From an uncultured Dehalococcoidales bacterium (GTDB lineage: Bacteria > Chloroflexota > Dehalococcoidia > Dehalococcoidales > CAYYQY01): a stretch of DNA of 64,000 bases. Below are positions 10,394-19,621 of this stretch, one piece after another. How positions within the stretch are numbered: position 1 is the first letter of the stretch; the number at the start of each line of letters is the position of its first letter. The notes under the pieces were generated by a model. That model was given only the letters and a program-made list of their open reading frames with translations, was not told where the DNA came from and did not search any database. The stretch lies in the NCBI GenBank assembly GCA_964473905.1, contig CAYYQY010000003.1:20546-84545 (forward strand), given 5' to 3'. A program made the position numbers and the translations under genes.

Positions 10394-11569
10394 TTAAACG
10401 AGCAGACTCCTATCATTTAATCTGCCCGTGATTAGCTTCAGTGATTGTACCTGGCTGTAGTTACCAACAATGGCCCCGGGCTGGGCGACTGTGTTGTTTC
10501 CCAGATAGCAACTCTCACCGATTATGGCTCCCATATTCACCCCGTAGTATTCATCGCCAATCTTAACATCAGCTTCCCCGCTGCATGCTATGAAATGACT
10601 TTTAATAACGCAACCCTTGTCTATAATTGAATCCTCAATAATGCACCCCGCCCCGATATGAACGTCGTTACAGATGATGCTGTTACGTATTTCACTGAAA
10701 GGCGATATTATGACGTTATCGCCGACACTGGTGGATGGCATCAGACATACGTTAGGGCCGATATCACAGTTCTTACCGATAACCACCGGGCCTACCAGGT
10801 AGGAGTTGGCGTGTATCAATGTGCCTTCCCCCACTGATACCTGTCCCTTGATGGTAACACCATTCTCTATTGTGCCACCGGTATTGCCGTCTATCCGGTG
10901 AAGAACGATATCGTTAAGACTGAGCAGGTGCCAGGGATGGACTACGTCCAGCCAGGTGCCATTTGTTTTCTGGGCGCTGATAGTATTGCCCTGTAAAATC
11001 ATGTTGTTCAGGACATCGGGGATGTCCAGTTCCGGTTCAATAAAATTGAATATATCGTTGGTAAAGGCGTAGATACCGGTATTAACCATATTGCTTACCG
11101 CTTCTCTGGGTTTCTCAATAATATTTCTAACCGAGCCGTTATCCAAAATGACAGCCCCGTATCTGGAGGGGTCATCCACTCTTTTTATAAGCACGGCATG
11201 CGGTTCGGCACTCACAAACCGGGCGATAGTAGCCGCTTCAATCAGATTATCTCCGGGCAGCACCAGGAATTTATCGGTAATCACAGACCTGACATGTGCC
11301 AGCGCATGAGCCGTGCCCAGTTGTCTTTCCTGTGTGACATAGTTGATTTCAACGCCGAATTGCTCTCCCGAGCCGAAATAATCTAGCACCTGCTCGCGCC
11401 GGTAGCCGACAACGAGCACAATATTGCGAATACCGTTTTCAGCCAGGGCTTCGATTACGTAGCTCAGTATGGGCTTACCGGCTACATGCAGCATTACCTT
11501 GGGCTTGGTAACCGTGAGCGGTCTCAGCCTTTGCCCTTCACCGGCGGCCAGTATTACTGCTTGCTCCAT
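10394..11569 (-). CDS. Sugar-1-phosphate nucleotidyltransferase fused to a left-handed beta-helix acyltransferase (archaeal-type GlmU-like), paralog 1
   Basis: 391 aa. ILAAGEGQRLRPLTVTKPK nucleotidyltransferase signature. The C-terminal half consists of hexapeptide repeats (IGKNCDIGPNVCL...VGDNVII...). Confidence 0.8.
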   Translation of the reverse strand: MEQAVILAAGEGQRLRPLTVTKPKVMLHVAGKPILSYVIEALAENGIRNIVLVVGYRREQVLDYFGSGEQFGVEINYVTQERQLGTAHALAHVRSVITDKFLVLPGDNLIEAATIARFVSAEPHAVLIKRVDDPSRYGAVILDNGSVRNIIEKPREAVSNMVNTGIYAFTNDIFNFIEPELDIPDVLNNMILQGNTISAQKTNGTWLDVVHPWHLLSLNDIVLHRIDGNTGGTIENGVTIKGQVSVGEGTLIHANSYLVGPVVIGKNCDIGPNVCLMPSTSVGDNVIISPFSEIRNSIICNDVHIGAGCIIEDSIIDKGCVIKSHFIACSGEADVKIGDEYYGVNMGAIIGESCYLGNNTVAQPGAIVGNYSQVQSLKLITGRLNDRSLLV

Positions 11570-11580
11570 AGCTTTTCTCC

Positions 11581-12783
11581 CTAGAAGACCCTGGCGTTGG
11601 GTAGAATAACGCCGCTGGCCAGGGCGCCCGGCCCGATTTGCGCGTTATTCCCGATAACAGTACCTATATTGATGCAGGCATTGATTCCCGTTTCTACCCC
11701 GTCACCAATTATAGCACCTAACTTACGCCTTTTGGTATCTATGCCGCCCACGGTGATATTATTGCCGTCAAGCCGGAGGTTAGCTATCTTGGTACCGGCA
11801 CCGAGATTGCACTCTTCACCTATAATACTATCGCCTATATAGTTGTGGTGAGGAATCTTGCTGTTCTTCATGATTATGCTGCTTTTAATCTCTACCGCGC
11901 TACCGATACGGCAGTTATCGCCGATAGCCGTGTAGGGGCGAATATAGCAGTTCGGGCCGATGTCACAGTTGTCCCCGATAATGACCGGCCCGACTATATA
12001 TGACCCTGACCGTACTTTAGTATTGGTACCAATGGATACCGCACCCTGCAGCACCGTATTATTTTCAATGTCGCCATAGTTCTGGGCTTCAACTGTACTG
12101 AGTAGAGACTGGTTGGCGGATAATAAATCCCAGGGGTGGCTCACGTCAAGCCAGCCGTTGATTTCCATGTAGGAAACACGCTGCATATTGTCTATAAGCA
12201 TCTGGAGAGTATCCGTAATTTCATATTCACCGCGCGGTGATTTCGGGGTACTCGCCATAAAGCTGAATATATCAGGGGTAAACAGATAAAGACCGGCATT
12301 GGCCATGAACGATGGGGGTTTAACTGTCTTTTCGTAAATGTGGACTACCCTGTCGCCGCTCGACTCTACCATGCCCAGGTCTTGGCCGTCTGTCGTCCTG
12401 AATAGACTGATAGTGTTTTCATGCCTGTTTGACAGGCTGAAGATTTCGTTACGCCGCACGATAATATCGCCGTTCATTACCAGGAAATTACCGTCAATCA
12501 GGCTTTCAGCCATTCTGATAGCGTCAGCCGTTCCCAGCCGCTTTTTCTGGGTGCAGTACTCTATGCTGACACCCCATTTATCACCACGGCCAAAGTAATC
12601 ACGCAGTTGCTCGTCGTGGTAGCCCACGATAAAAATATAATCATTGATGCCAGCTTGCCTCGCTTCAATGAGCAGGTGCTCAATGATGGGCTTATTGGCT
12701 ATGGGTAACATTACCTTGGGCCGGTTGAAGGTTAGCGGGCGCATGCGGTTACCTTCGCCGGCGGCCAGTATGACTGCCTGCAA
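11581..12783 (-). CDS. Sugar-1-phosphate nucleotidyltransferase fused to a left-handed beta-helix acyltransferase (archaeal-type GlmU-like), paralog 2
   Basis: ILAAGEGNRMRPLTFNRPK plus C-terminal hexapeptide repeats. I moved the start from the track's TTG at 12801 to the TTG at 12783. GGAGGG lies 8 nt upstream of 12783, the N-terminus then aligns with paralog 1 (M-QAVILAAGEG), and the start sits 1 nt after the glmM stop. Confidence 0.78.
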   Translation of the reverse strand: MQAVILAAGEGNRMRPLTFNRPKVMLPIANKPIIEHLLIEARQAGINDYIFIVGYHDEQLRDYFGRGDKWGVSIEYCTQKKRLGTADAIRMAESLIDGNFLVMNGDIIVRRNEIFSLSNRHENTISLFRTTDGQDLGMVESSGDRVVHIYEKTVKPPSFMANAGLYLFTPDIFSFMASTPKSPRGEYEITDTLQMLIDNMQRVSYMEINGWLDVSHPWDLLSANQSLLSTVEAQNYGDIENNTVLQGAVSIGTNTKVRSGSYIVGPVIIGDNCDIGPNCYIRPYTAIGDNCRIGSAVEIKSSIIMKNSKIPHHNYIGDSIIGEECNLGAGTKIANLRLDGNNITVGGIDTKRRKLGAIIGDGVETGINACINIGTVIGNNAQIGPGALASGVILPNARVF

Positions 12784-12784
12784 A

Positions 12785-14074
12785 CTATTTACCCTCCACA
12801 AAGCTATTAATTATCCCGGTAGCACTCTCATAAAAATAGCGAAGCCGCGCCTCTGTCCTGGCTTCAATGGTGAGCCTTATCTTGGGTTCGGTGCCGGAAG
12901 CCCGGCAGAGCACCCAGCCGTCTTTAAAATTGAGTCTGATGCCGTCATTATTGCTCACCGAGAGCGGTTCCAGGGCTAAAAGCCGTTGCTTAAGCTCTGG
13001 TGTGACCGCCGCGATATTATTTATGCTGCTCCGGATAATCGGGTAGTCGGGTATATTATCGGTGAGTTGGGAGAGCTTATGACGGCTCGCTATGGCTACG
13101 ATTCGCGCCGCGGCATATATGCCGTCGGGACACAGTGACACTTGGGGGAAGACCCAGCTTCCCGATGGTTCACCGCCGAATTCGCCGCCCTTTTTAAGCT
13201 CCTCGGAAACGTAGATGTCACCGACTGGCGTCCGGGTAATCTTTAGGCACGTATCGTCAATGGCCATGGAAGCATCTATGGTGGTAACCACCTCTTTGGC
13301 CCCCGCCTCCCGGGCGAAAAGGGTAAGAAGCTTGTCCCCGGAAATGAACCGGCCTATATCGTCAACGGCCATCATCCGGTCGGCATCACCGTCGTGGGCA
13401 ATACCCAGGTCGGCACCAATATCTTTAACCGTCTCCATTAACTTGTGTAAATTATCTGCCGTCGGCTCGATATCGTGGGGGAAGAAGCCGGAAGGCTGAC
13501 AGTTAAGGCTAATTGTCTCACACCCCATCCTGCCGAGCAGGGAAGGAGTAATTATACTGCCGGCTCCGCAGCCGCAGTCAATTACTACTTTGAGCCCGGC
13601 CTTAGCGGGGAAATCCTGTAATATGCGCTCTATATGCTGCTCTATAGCCAGCTCGTATGTAGCGCAATTCTTGATTTCGTGCCATGGTGTGCGGGGAAAG
13701 TACTCATTAAAGACCATGTCTTCAATCTGCTCACGCTGGTTACGATTAAAGGCGGAGCCGTCCGGGTTTAACAGCTTGATGCCGTTATATTCCGGGGGGT
13801 TATGCGAGGCGGTAATCATGGCCGCGGCATCGAATTCTCTCCCGGCGAGGGCGAGGGTGGGTGTGGGTACCAGCCCGGCAACGGAGCATCTGGCACCGAT
13901 GGTGAGCAGTCCTGAGACCAGGGAGTATTTCATGGCTTCGCTCGTGGTACGGCTGTCACAGCCCACGACTACTTTTCCGTAAACGCTGCCTATCGCCAGT
14001 CCTACCCGAAAGGCAAGTTCTATAAACTCCCTATCGGCTATAGCTCTTATCCCAGACGTGCCGAATAATCTCAT
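12785..14074 (-). CDS. glmM: Phosphoglucosamine/phosphohexose mutase (alpha-D-phosphohexomutase family)
   Basis: 429 aa. Active-site loop TASHNPPEYNGIK, metal loop HDGDADR, and MRLFGTSGIRA N-terminus. Confidence 0.85.
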   Translation of the reverse strand: MRLFGTSGIRAIADREFIELAFRVGLAIGSVYGKVVVGCDSRTTSEAMKYSLVSGLLTIGARCSVAGLVPTPTLALAGREFDAAAMITASHNPPEYNGIKLLNPDGSAFNRNQREQIEDMVFNEYFPRTPWHEIKNCATYELAIEQHIERILQDFPAKAGLKVVIDCGCGAGSIITPSLLGRMGCETISLNCQPSGFFPHDIEPTADNLHKLMETVKDIGADLGIAHDGDADRMMAVDDIGRFISGDKLLTLFAREAGAKEVVTTIDASMAIDDTCLKITRTPVGDIYVSEELKKGGEFGGEPSGSWVFPQVSLCPDGIYAAARIVAIASRHKLSQLTDNIPDYPIIRSSINNIAAVTPELKQRLLALEPLSVSNNDGIRLNFKDGWVLCRASGTEPKIRLTIEARTEARLRYFYESATGIINSFVEGK

Positions 14075-14083
14075 ATCGGATAG

Positions 14084-14112
14084 ATTGTAACCGTAGTATA
14101 TCGGGATGTCAA
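14084..14112 (-). promoter_or_regulatory. Sigma-70-type promoter of the glmM operon, placed so the mRNA would be leaderless or nearly so
   Basis: The minus strand reads TTGACA (14112-14107), a 17-nt spacer, TACAAT (14089-14084), then 9 nt (ctatccgat) and the glmM ATG at 14074. There is no Shine-Dalgarno in between. Confidence 0.55.
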
Positions 14113-14191
14113 TTTGCCAGATGGCATAATTATACGGAATTATTGGTCATAAAGCGTCAGATAAAGGAAGTTCCTTTTCAATAAGCAATTA

Positions 14192-15388
14192 TCACGGCTG
14201 CGTCAGAACAGCGCCACATTTAGCGCAAAATCTGCTATCCGGAGCGTTGGGATGGAAGCAAACCTTGCAAACCAGCAATTCTTTGGATGAGCCCTGCCCG
14301 AAGTAGAGTTTTACGTGAGGCCAGGGAATTTCTATACCCTCTTCGTCAAAAGCTTTCTTAATCCTCTTTCTCAGTTCACCCGTAACTTCCCACTGTGTTA
14401 GCGGCTTGGTATCGCCCAGTATTTTAATGTCTATACCGGAATCGCCAAAGTTGTTTACCCGGAGTACCTGGGGGGCAGCGATAATCTTCGGTCCGAAGTA
14501 TTTGTCCTTGGTCAGTTCGTTACCTACCCGGTTTATTACCTCTATTACACGGTCAAGGTCTTCGCCGTAGGCTACGGGCACGTCCAGGTTTACTCGGGAC
14601 CAGTCCCGCGTGTAATTGCTGGAGGTGGTAATTTCACCGTTAGGTATGCTGTGCACAATACCGTCAAGGTCACGCAGAACGGTTCTCTTTAAGTTGATGT
14701 CCTCAACGATGCCGCTAATTCCGGCTACCTTTACTACGTCTCCTTTATTGTACTGGTCTTCCATCAAGATAAATAGCCCGTTTAATACATCCTTTATTAG
14801 GCTCTGGGCACCGAAGCCGATGGCTATGCCGATAACTCCGGCGCTGGCCAGAAGTGGTGTAATATTCAGGCCCACCTCTGAAAGTAACATGAACAGTGCT
14901 ATCAGGCCTATAAGTGCGGCCGAAGTACTGGAAAGGATACTGCTGAGAGTATGTGTCCTCTTCTGCAGCTCTTCACGGGCTCGTTTGCCCTTGCCCCGTA
15001 CCTTGATTGACCGCTCTACTATCTCCGGTATCACCAGCCTTAAAAGGCGGTAGACTATGAATGATACGGCAATGATAATCAGGACGATAATACCATGCTG
15101 GAGTATCCATGCCTGTATCGTTTCCGTGGTTATCATCTTGCTGGCTCCCTGACGCGACATTATTATGGCCGCCAGGGCAGTGGCTACCAGTCCCAGGCAG
15201 ATGGCTTCAATAGTCCAGATAATCGTATTTACCAGGATATACGGTTCTTTACGCTTTTTCTTAAGCGCCGTTTTTTTCAGGTCAGCGAGAATCCGGTTTC
15301 TGAATACGATAAGCAGAATTGATACCAAGGCTGAGGCTATAAGTATCCAGACGCTGTTTACGGTGAACCACTCCCACATTTCAGGCAT
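14192..15388 (-). CDS. Small-conductance mechanosensitive channel (MscS family) with a C-terminal zinc-ribbon
   Basis: 398 aa. N-terminal TM helices and an MscS beta-domain region (GDVVKVAGISGIVEDINLKRTVLRDLDG). C-terminal CKVCFHPNAPDSRFCAKCG. An extended -10 (TGCTATAAT on the minus strand, 15411-15419) lies upstream. Confidence 0.8.
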   Translation of the reverse strand: MPEMWEWFTVNSVWILIASALVSILLIVFRNRILADLKKTALKKKRKEPYILVNTIIWTIEAICLGLVATALAAIIMSRQGASKMITTETIQAWILQHGIIVLIIIAVSFIVYRLLRLVIPEIVERSIKVRGKGKRAREELQKRTHTLSSILSSTSAALIGLIALFMLLSEVGLNITPLLASAGVIGIAIGFGAQSLIKDVLNGLFILMEDQYNKGDVVKVAGISGIVEDINLKRTVLRDLDGIVHSIPNGEITTSSNYTRDWSRVNLDVPVAYGEDLDRVIEVINRVGNELTKDKYFGPKIIAAPQVLRVNNFGDSGIDIKILGDTKPLTQWEVTGELRKRIKKAFDEEGIEIPWPHVKLYFGQGSSKELLVCKVCFHPNAPDSRFCAKCGAVLTQP

Positions 15389-15488
15389 CCTTATGCAAAA
15401 GAGTAGCTATATTATAGCACTCTACCGTGAATATGAAACAAAGGAATATGAACATCATTATTTGGAAACTGGTTGAAAATGCGGCGGG

Positions 15489-15686
15489 TCAGGTTACTTC
15501 TTTCGGTGGATTAAGAACTTTTACTCTGCGCTCCAAATTGCCCCTTGGCATCAGCACGTAGCACTGGCACTTCAGGCATCTAATGCCGATGTCGGTGCCC
15601 AGCCTGACTATCTGCCAGTCATAGCTGCCGCAGGGGTGTTTCTTTTTAAGGCGCACTGTGTCACCCAGTTTAAGCTCAGGTAACAT
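15489..15686 (-). CDS. DUF951 family small protein
   Basis: 65 aa. LGDTVRLKKKHPCGSYDWQIVRLGTDIGIRCLKCQ is the typical DUF951 pattern. Confidence 0.7.
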   Translation of the reverse strand: MLPELKLGDTVRLKKKHPCGSYDWQIVRLGTDIGIRCLKCQCYVLMPRGNLERRVKVLNPPKEVT

Positions 15687-15712
15687 ACTGGTATCCCGTA
15701 TTTAGTTTTTGG

Positions 15713-16519
15713 CTAGGCCCGGCAGTCATTAATACGTTCTCTTAAGGAGGCGGCGGCGTCCCTCGCCGCCCGGGCGAAGTCTAAATCTGGCGAGGCAAAA
15801 ATAATCTGGCGTGACGAGTTGATAATTATTCCCGCTCCTTCCCGGTTTACACCGTAGCGCACTGCCAGGGACAGCTCACCTCCCTGGGCTCCTATGCCGG
15901 GTATGAGGAGCGGCATGTCAGGGTGGCTTTGCCTGATAAGTCTCAACTCTTCGGGATAGGTAGCACCAACCACCAGACCGATGTTGCCGGTGCTGTTCCA
16001 CTGGCTCGCTTTGCGGGCTACCATCTCAAAGAGCCGGTACTCACCGGACTCTGCTGCGCAGCTAAGGGATTGAAAATCCAGGGCACCGCTGTTTGAAGTG
16101 CGGCACAGTATAAATACACCTTTATCGGTATACTGGATGAAGGGCTCTATAGAGTCAAAGCCCAGATACGGGTTAACGGTGGTGGCATCGCAGTTAAGGA
16201 CGGAGAATATAGCTCTGGCATAAGCCCTGGCGGTATTGCCGATGTCGCCGCGCTTGGCATCGCCGATAACCGGTATATCGTTGGGAATATATTTGATAGT
16301 CTGCTTCAGGGCTTCTAACCCTTCACTTTCCAGGGCTTCGTAGAAGGCAAAATTAAGCTTATAGGCGCATACCAGGTCACAGGTAGCATCAATAATAGCC
16401 TTGTTAAATTCAAGGACGCCTGTGTCAGCGGGCATGCGTTCCGGGTCCGGGTCCAAGCCGACACAGAGCAGGCTCTTATTCTGCCGTGTCGCACTGCTTA
16501 ACTTATCGCTAAATTTCAC
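15713..16519 (-). CDS. pyrF: Orotidine 5'-phosphate decarboxylase (type 2)
   Basis: 268 aa. LCVGLDPDP and GDAKRGDIGNT motifs. GTG start. Confidence 0.9.
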   Translation of the reverse strand: MKFSDKLSSATRQNKSLLCVGLDPDPERMPADTGVLEFNKAIIDATCDLVCAYKLNFAFYEALESEGLEALKQTIKYIPNDIPVIGDAKRGDIGNTARAYARAIFSVLNCDATTVNPYLGFDSIEPFIQYTDKGVFILCRTSNSGALDFQSLSCAAESGEYRLFEMVARKASQWNSTGNIGLVVGATYPEELRLIRQSHPDMPLLIPGIGAQGGELSLAVRYGVNREGAGIIINSSRQIIFASPDLDFARAARDAAASLRERINDCRA

Positions 16520-16686
16520 TTTCTACCTTCGTATGTCTGATTACAAACTGATAATATCAGCCGTCTGAAGGCAGCGTCAAGTCCACAAAATTGTTGGTTG
16601 CTCAGCGGCAATGATATAATTTGCCAGGAGATATGGCACCGCACCACTATAAAGTTACGGCTATGGGGTAAACGGAGGAGGCGAGC

Positions 16687-18069
16687 TTGTCGGCATTTAA
16701 CTATCAGCAAGCGCTGGATTACATCTACAGTTTTATTGACTATGAAGGGACATACAAGCCACAGTATAACACGGCAAATTATGACTTAAGACGCGTGGCG
16801 GTATTGCTGGAGAGGCTGGGTAATCCCCACCAGGCAGCCAAGTCGGTTCATGTTGCCGGTACCAAGGGTAAGGGAAGCACCTCGGCCATGGTGGCATCGG
16901 TGCTCACCACTTCCGGATATGTTACCGGGCTTTATACCTCACCCCATCTTCATAAAGTAAACGAGCGTATAAGGGTTGACGGGCAAGATATAGCTGACGA
17001 AGAGTTGGTGGATTTGGTCGAGTTATTAAAGCCTGATATTGAAGCGGTGCACCAGCGGGCGACATACGGTCGGTTAACCACGTTTGAGCTGTTGACTGTC
17101 CTGGCCTTTACCTACTTCGGGCAAAAAGAAGCGGATTTCCAAGTGTTGGAGGTGGGCATGGGTGGCCGGCTTGATGCCACCAATGTTATCTCTCCTTCAG
17201 TCTGTATTATTACCGCTATCAGCTTTGATCATGTAGCGGCATTGGGCAAAACCCTGTCTCAAATAGCGGCGGAAAAGGCGGGCATAATCAAGCCGGGCAG
17301 CATTGTTATATCGTCTCCCCAGCCTGCTGAAGCTGCCCGGATAATAGAAAAGACCTGCCTGAATTATAATGTGCCCATGCTCAGAGTAGGCAGTGACATC
17401 AGGTGGCAGAGCAAGGGTTTTGATATGGATAAACAGTGGTTCACGGTGGACGGAATATCAGGTAGCTACGAGCTGTCTATACCGCTTCTGGGTACTCACC
17501 AGTTGGATAATGCGGCGGCAGCGGTAGCCGCTCTTGAGTTGCTGTCTCAGCAGGGATACAGCATATCCAGGGAAAGCATTGCTGCCGGGCTTGGGGGAGT
17601 TGTCTGGCCGGGCAGATTGCAGGTACTGAGGCGACAACCACTCATAGTAGCTGACGGTGCCCATAACCCGGAGTCGGCTCGAGGGTTAAAGCAGTCTCTC
17701 GTTAAATACTTCGGGTTGTCAGCCGAGCTAACGAAAGAAGCGGTATCAAATAGTGTCCCCAAATATCCCGGCGGCTCCGTCCTGATTATCGGTGCCTCCT
17801 CGGGTAAGGATATTGCTGGCATAGTAGCCGAGCTACACTCGCTTTTTGATAGCGTTATCGTTACCAGCTCCCGTCATCCGCGGGCGATGGCGCCTTCTTT
17901 AATTGAATCCGAGTTTACCCGGTATGGTATAGAGGTAGTGACGGCGGATGATGTTGCGGTGGCCCTCTCCCTGGCTCTATCCATGAACCGGGACTTTATC
18001 TGCATTGCCGGGTCGCTATTTCTGGTCGGGGAGGCGATAGAGAGGGTAAATATGCCTTATACAGAGTAA
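16687..18069 (+). CDS. folC: Folylpolyglutamate synthase / dihydrofolate synthase
   Basis: 460 aa. HVAGTKGKGST P-loop and a Mur-ligase fold pattern. TTG start after GGAGGAGG. Confidence 0.9.
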   Translation: MSAFNYQQALDYIYSFIDYEGTYKPQYNTANYDLRRVAVLLERLGNPHQAAKSVHVAGTKGKGSTSAMVASVLTTSGYVTGLYTSPHLHKVNERIRVDGQDIADEELVDLVELLKPDIEAVHQRATYGRLTTFELLTVLAFTYFGQKEADFQVLEVGMGGRLDATNVISPSVCIITAISFDHVAALGKTLSQIAAEKAGIIKPGSIVISSPQPAEAARIIEKTCLNYNVPMLRVGSDIRWQSKGFDMDKQWFTVDGISGSYELSIPLLGTHQLDNAAAAVAALELLSQQGYSISRESIAAGLGGVVWPGRLQVLRRQPLIVADGAHNPESARGLKQSLVKYFGLSAELTKEAVSNSVPKYPGGSVLIIGASSGKDIAGIVAELHSLFDSVIVTSSRHPRAMAPSLIESEFTRYGIEVVTADDVAVALSLALSMNRDFICIAGSLFLVGEAIERVNMPYTE

Positions 18070-18103
18070 TGATAGGCCTATTACGAAAATATGGCCGGTA
18101 ACC

Positions 18104-18367
18104 TCAGATATTAATGTCATATCTTGTAGCCAGAGCCTCTTCAGGTAGCATATCACCCAGGATTTTTTGAAGGGCCATAGTGTGGCTGCAAAGCCCCCAG
18201 CTTGAGAAGAAATGACAGGAGCATTGCCACTCACCGTCTTTTAAGCTGACTTCATAGTTATCATGCTCACCCCGTAGCGTAACTGATAGTCCGGTAAAAG
18301 TGATTCGTTCTGCCTCTTGCGCATAGCGTTTCGCCTTTTCGATTTTCCCGATAAGGCTTGATTGCAT
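18104..18367 (-). CDS. Stand-alone SWIM zinc-finger protein
   Basis: 87 aa. CSCHFFSSWGLCSH matches the CxC..CxH SWIM signature. Confidence 0.6.
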   Translation of the reverse strand: MQSSLIGKIEKAKRYAQEAERITFTGLSVTLRGEHDNYEVSLKDGEWQCSCHFFSSWGLCSHTMALQKILGDMLPEEALATRYDINI

Positions 18368-18535
18368 ATAAATCCTCCCCTCGGCTAGCTAAGCACCGGA
18401 ACAGGCCGTTTAGTGCCTCACCTAATTATTTTACGGATATGTTAAGTGCAACCTCTGCAAGTTTTACGCTCTGATAACGATAAAGCTGACAGTACTAATT
18501 GTAGCGCCTTTTTGATTATTAGTCCAGTTCGTGTG

Positions 18536-18564
18536 TTGCTAAAAAAGACCGGCGGGATTATAAT
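18536..18564 (+). promoter_or_regulatory. Sigma-70-type promoter upstream of the ROK kinase / galU genes
   Basis: TTGCTA (18536-18541), a 17-nt spacer, then TATAAT (18559-18564). Confidence 0.5.
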
Positions 18565-18610
18565 CTGGCTACAAGAATCGGATAATTTTACAGATTGATA
18601 CCAGCAAAAG

Positions 18611-19612
18611 TTGACCAAACTCGAAATGACAAAAAAGAATATTCATGATTCGAGAGTGCTGGCGGTAGACTTGGGCGGGACTAAGATGGTTGCCGCTGTT
18701 GTTTCCCATGATGGTGATATAATAGCCCGTGACTATCAGCTTACTCAAGCCAGCGAAGGCCCGCAGCCGGTAATTACTAGGATCGGGTCTATGATGGATA
18801 GCCTTTTTGCTTCGGTGGAATTAGTGCCGGCGGAGCTAAGCGGTATCGGTGTGGCCTGCGCCGGCGCTATAGATATGACTGCGGGACTGGTTACCATGTC
18901 GCCTAATCTTCCCGGCTGGCATAATATCCCGTTAAGAGATATTATCCGGGACAGGTACGGGGTGAATACTTTCTTAATCAATGACGCCAGTGCCGCCGCT
19001 CTGGGCGAGAAGCATTTTGGCGCCGGCAGGGGCGTAAAAGACCTGATTTACATTACGGTAAGCACCGGTATCGGCGGCGGCATAATTATTGATGATAAGC
19101 TTTATTACGGTGCGCGGGGTGGTGCCGGTGAAATAGGGCACATGAGCATAGATATTAACGGGCCGCGGTGCCGATGCGGAAATAACGGCTGCCTGGAGGT
19201 GCTCGCCTCCGGCACGGCGGTAGCTAATGAAGCGAAGAGGCGTATTCGCACTGGGGAAAAGACCGTTCTTACCGAGATTACGGAAGGTAATATGGATAGT
19301 ATTACTGCCGAGCAGGTGGGTATAGCTGCCGGGCGTCAGGATACGCTCGCGTCAGACATTATTAGTAAGGCTGCCTTCTATCTGGGCATCGGTTTTACCA
19401 ATCTGGTAAACATCTTTAATCCGGAGATGATTATTGTCGGTGGCGGTATGGCCAGACTGGGCGACCTGCTGCTGGAGCCGGTACGAAGAGCAGTTCAGGA
19501 ACACGCTTTCAGATTATCGGCGGAGTCGGTAAGGATAGTTACCGCCGAACTTGGCGATAATGCCGGGGTGCTCGGCGCTGCCATGTACGCCTATCATAAG
19601 GAAACATGCTGA
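18611..19612 (+). CDS. ROK family sugar kinase (glucokinase-like)
   Basis: 333 aa. VLAVDLGGTK ATP-binding N-terminus and the ROK zinc motif CRCGNNGCLE. The start could be the TTG at 18611 or the ATG at 18626. Confidence 0.85.
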   Translation: MTKLEMTKKNIHDSRVLAVDLGGTKMVAAVVSHDGDIIARDYQLTQASEGPQPVITRIGSMMDSLFASVELVPAELSGIGVACAGAIDMTAGLVTMSPNLPGWHNIPLRDIIRDRYGVNTFLINDASAAALGEKHFGAGRGVKDLIYITVSTGIGGGIIIDDKLYYGARGGAGEIGHMSIDINGPRCRCGNNGCLEVLASGTAVANEAKRRIRTGEKTVLTEITEGNMDSITAEQVGIAAGRQDTLASDIISKAAFYLGIGFTNLVNIFNPEMIIVGGGMARLGDLLLEPVRRAVQEHAFRLSAESVRIVTAELGDNAGVLGAAMYAYHKETC

Positions 19613-19621
19613 GGTATTGAT

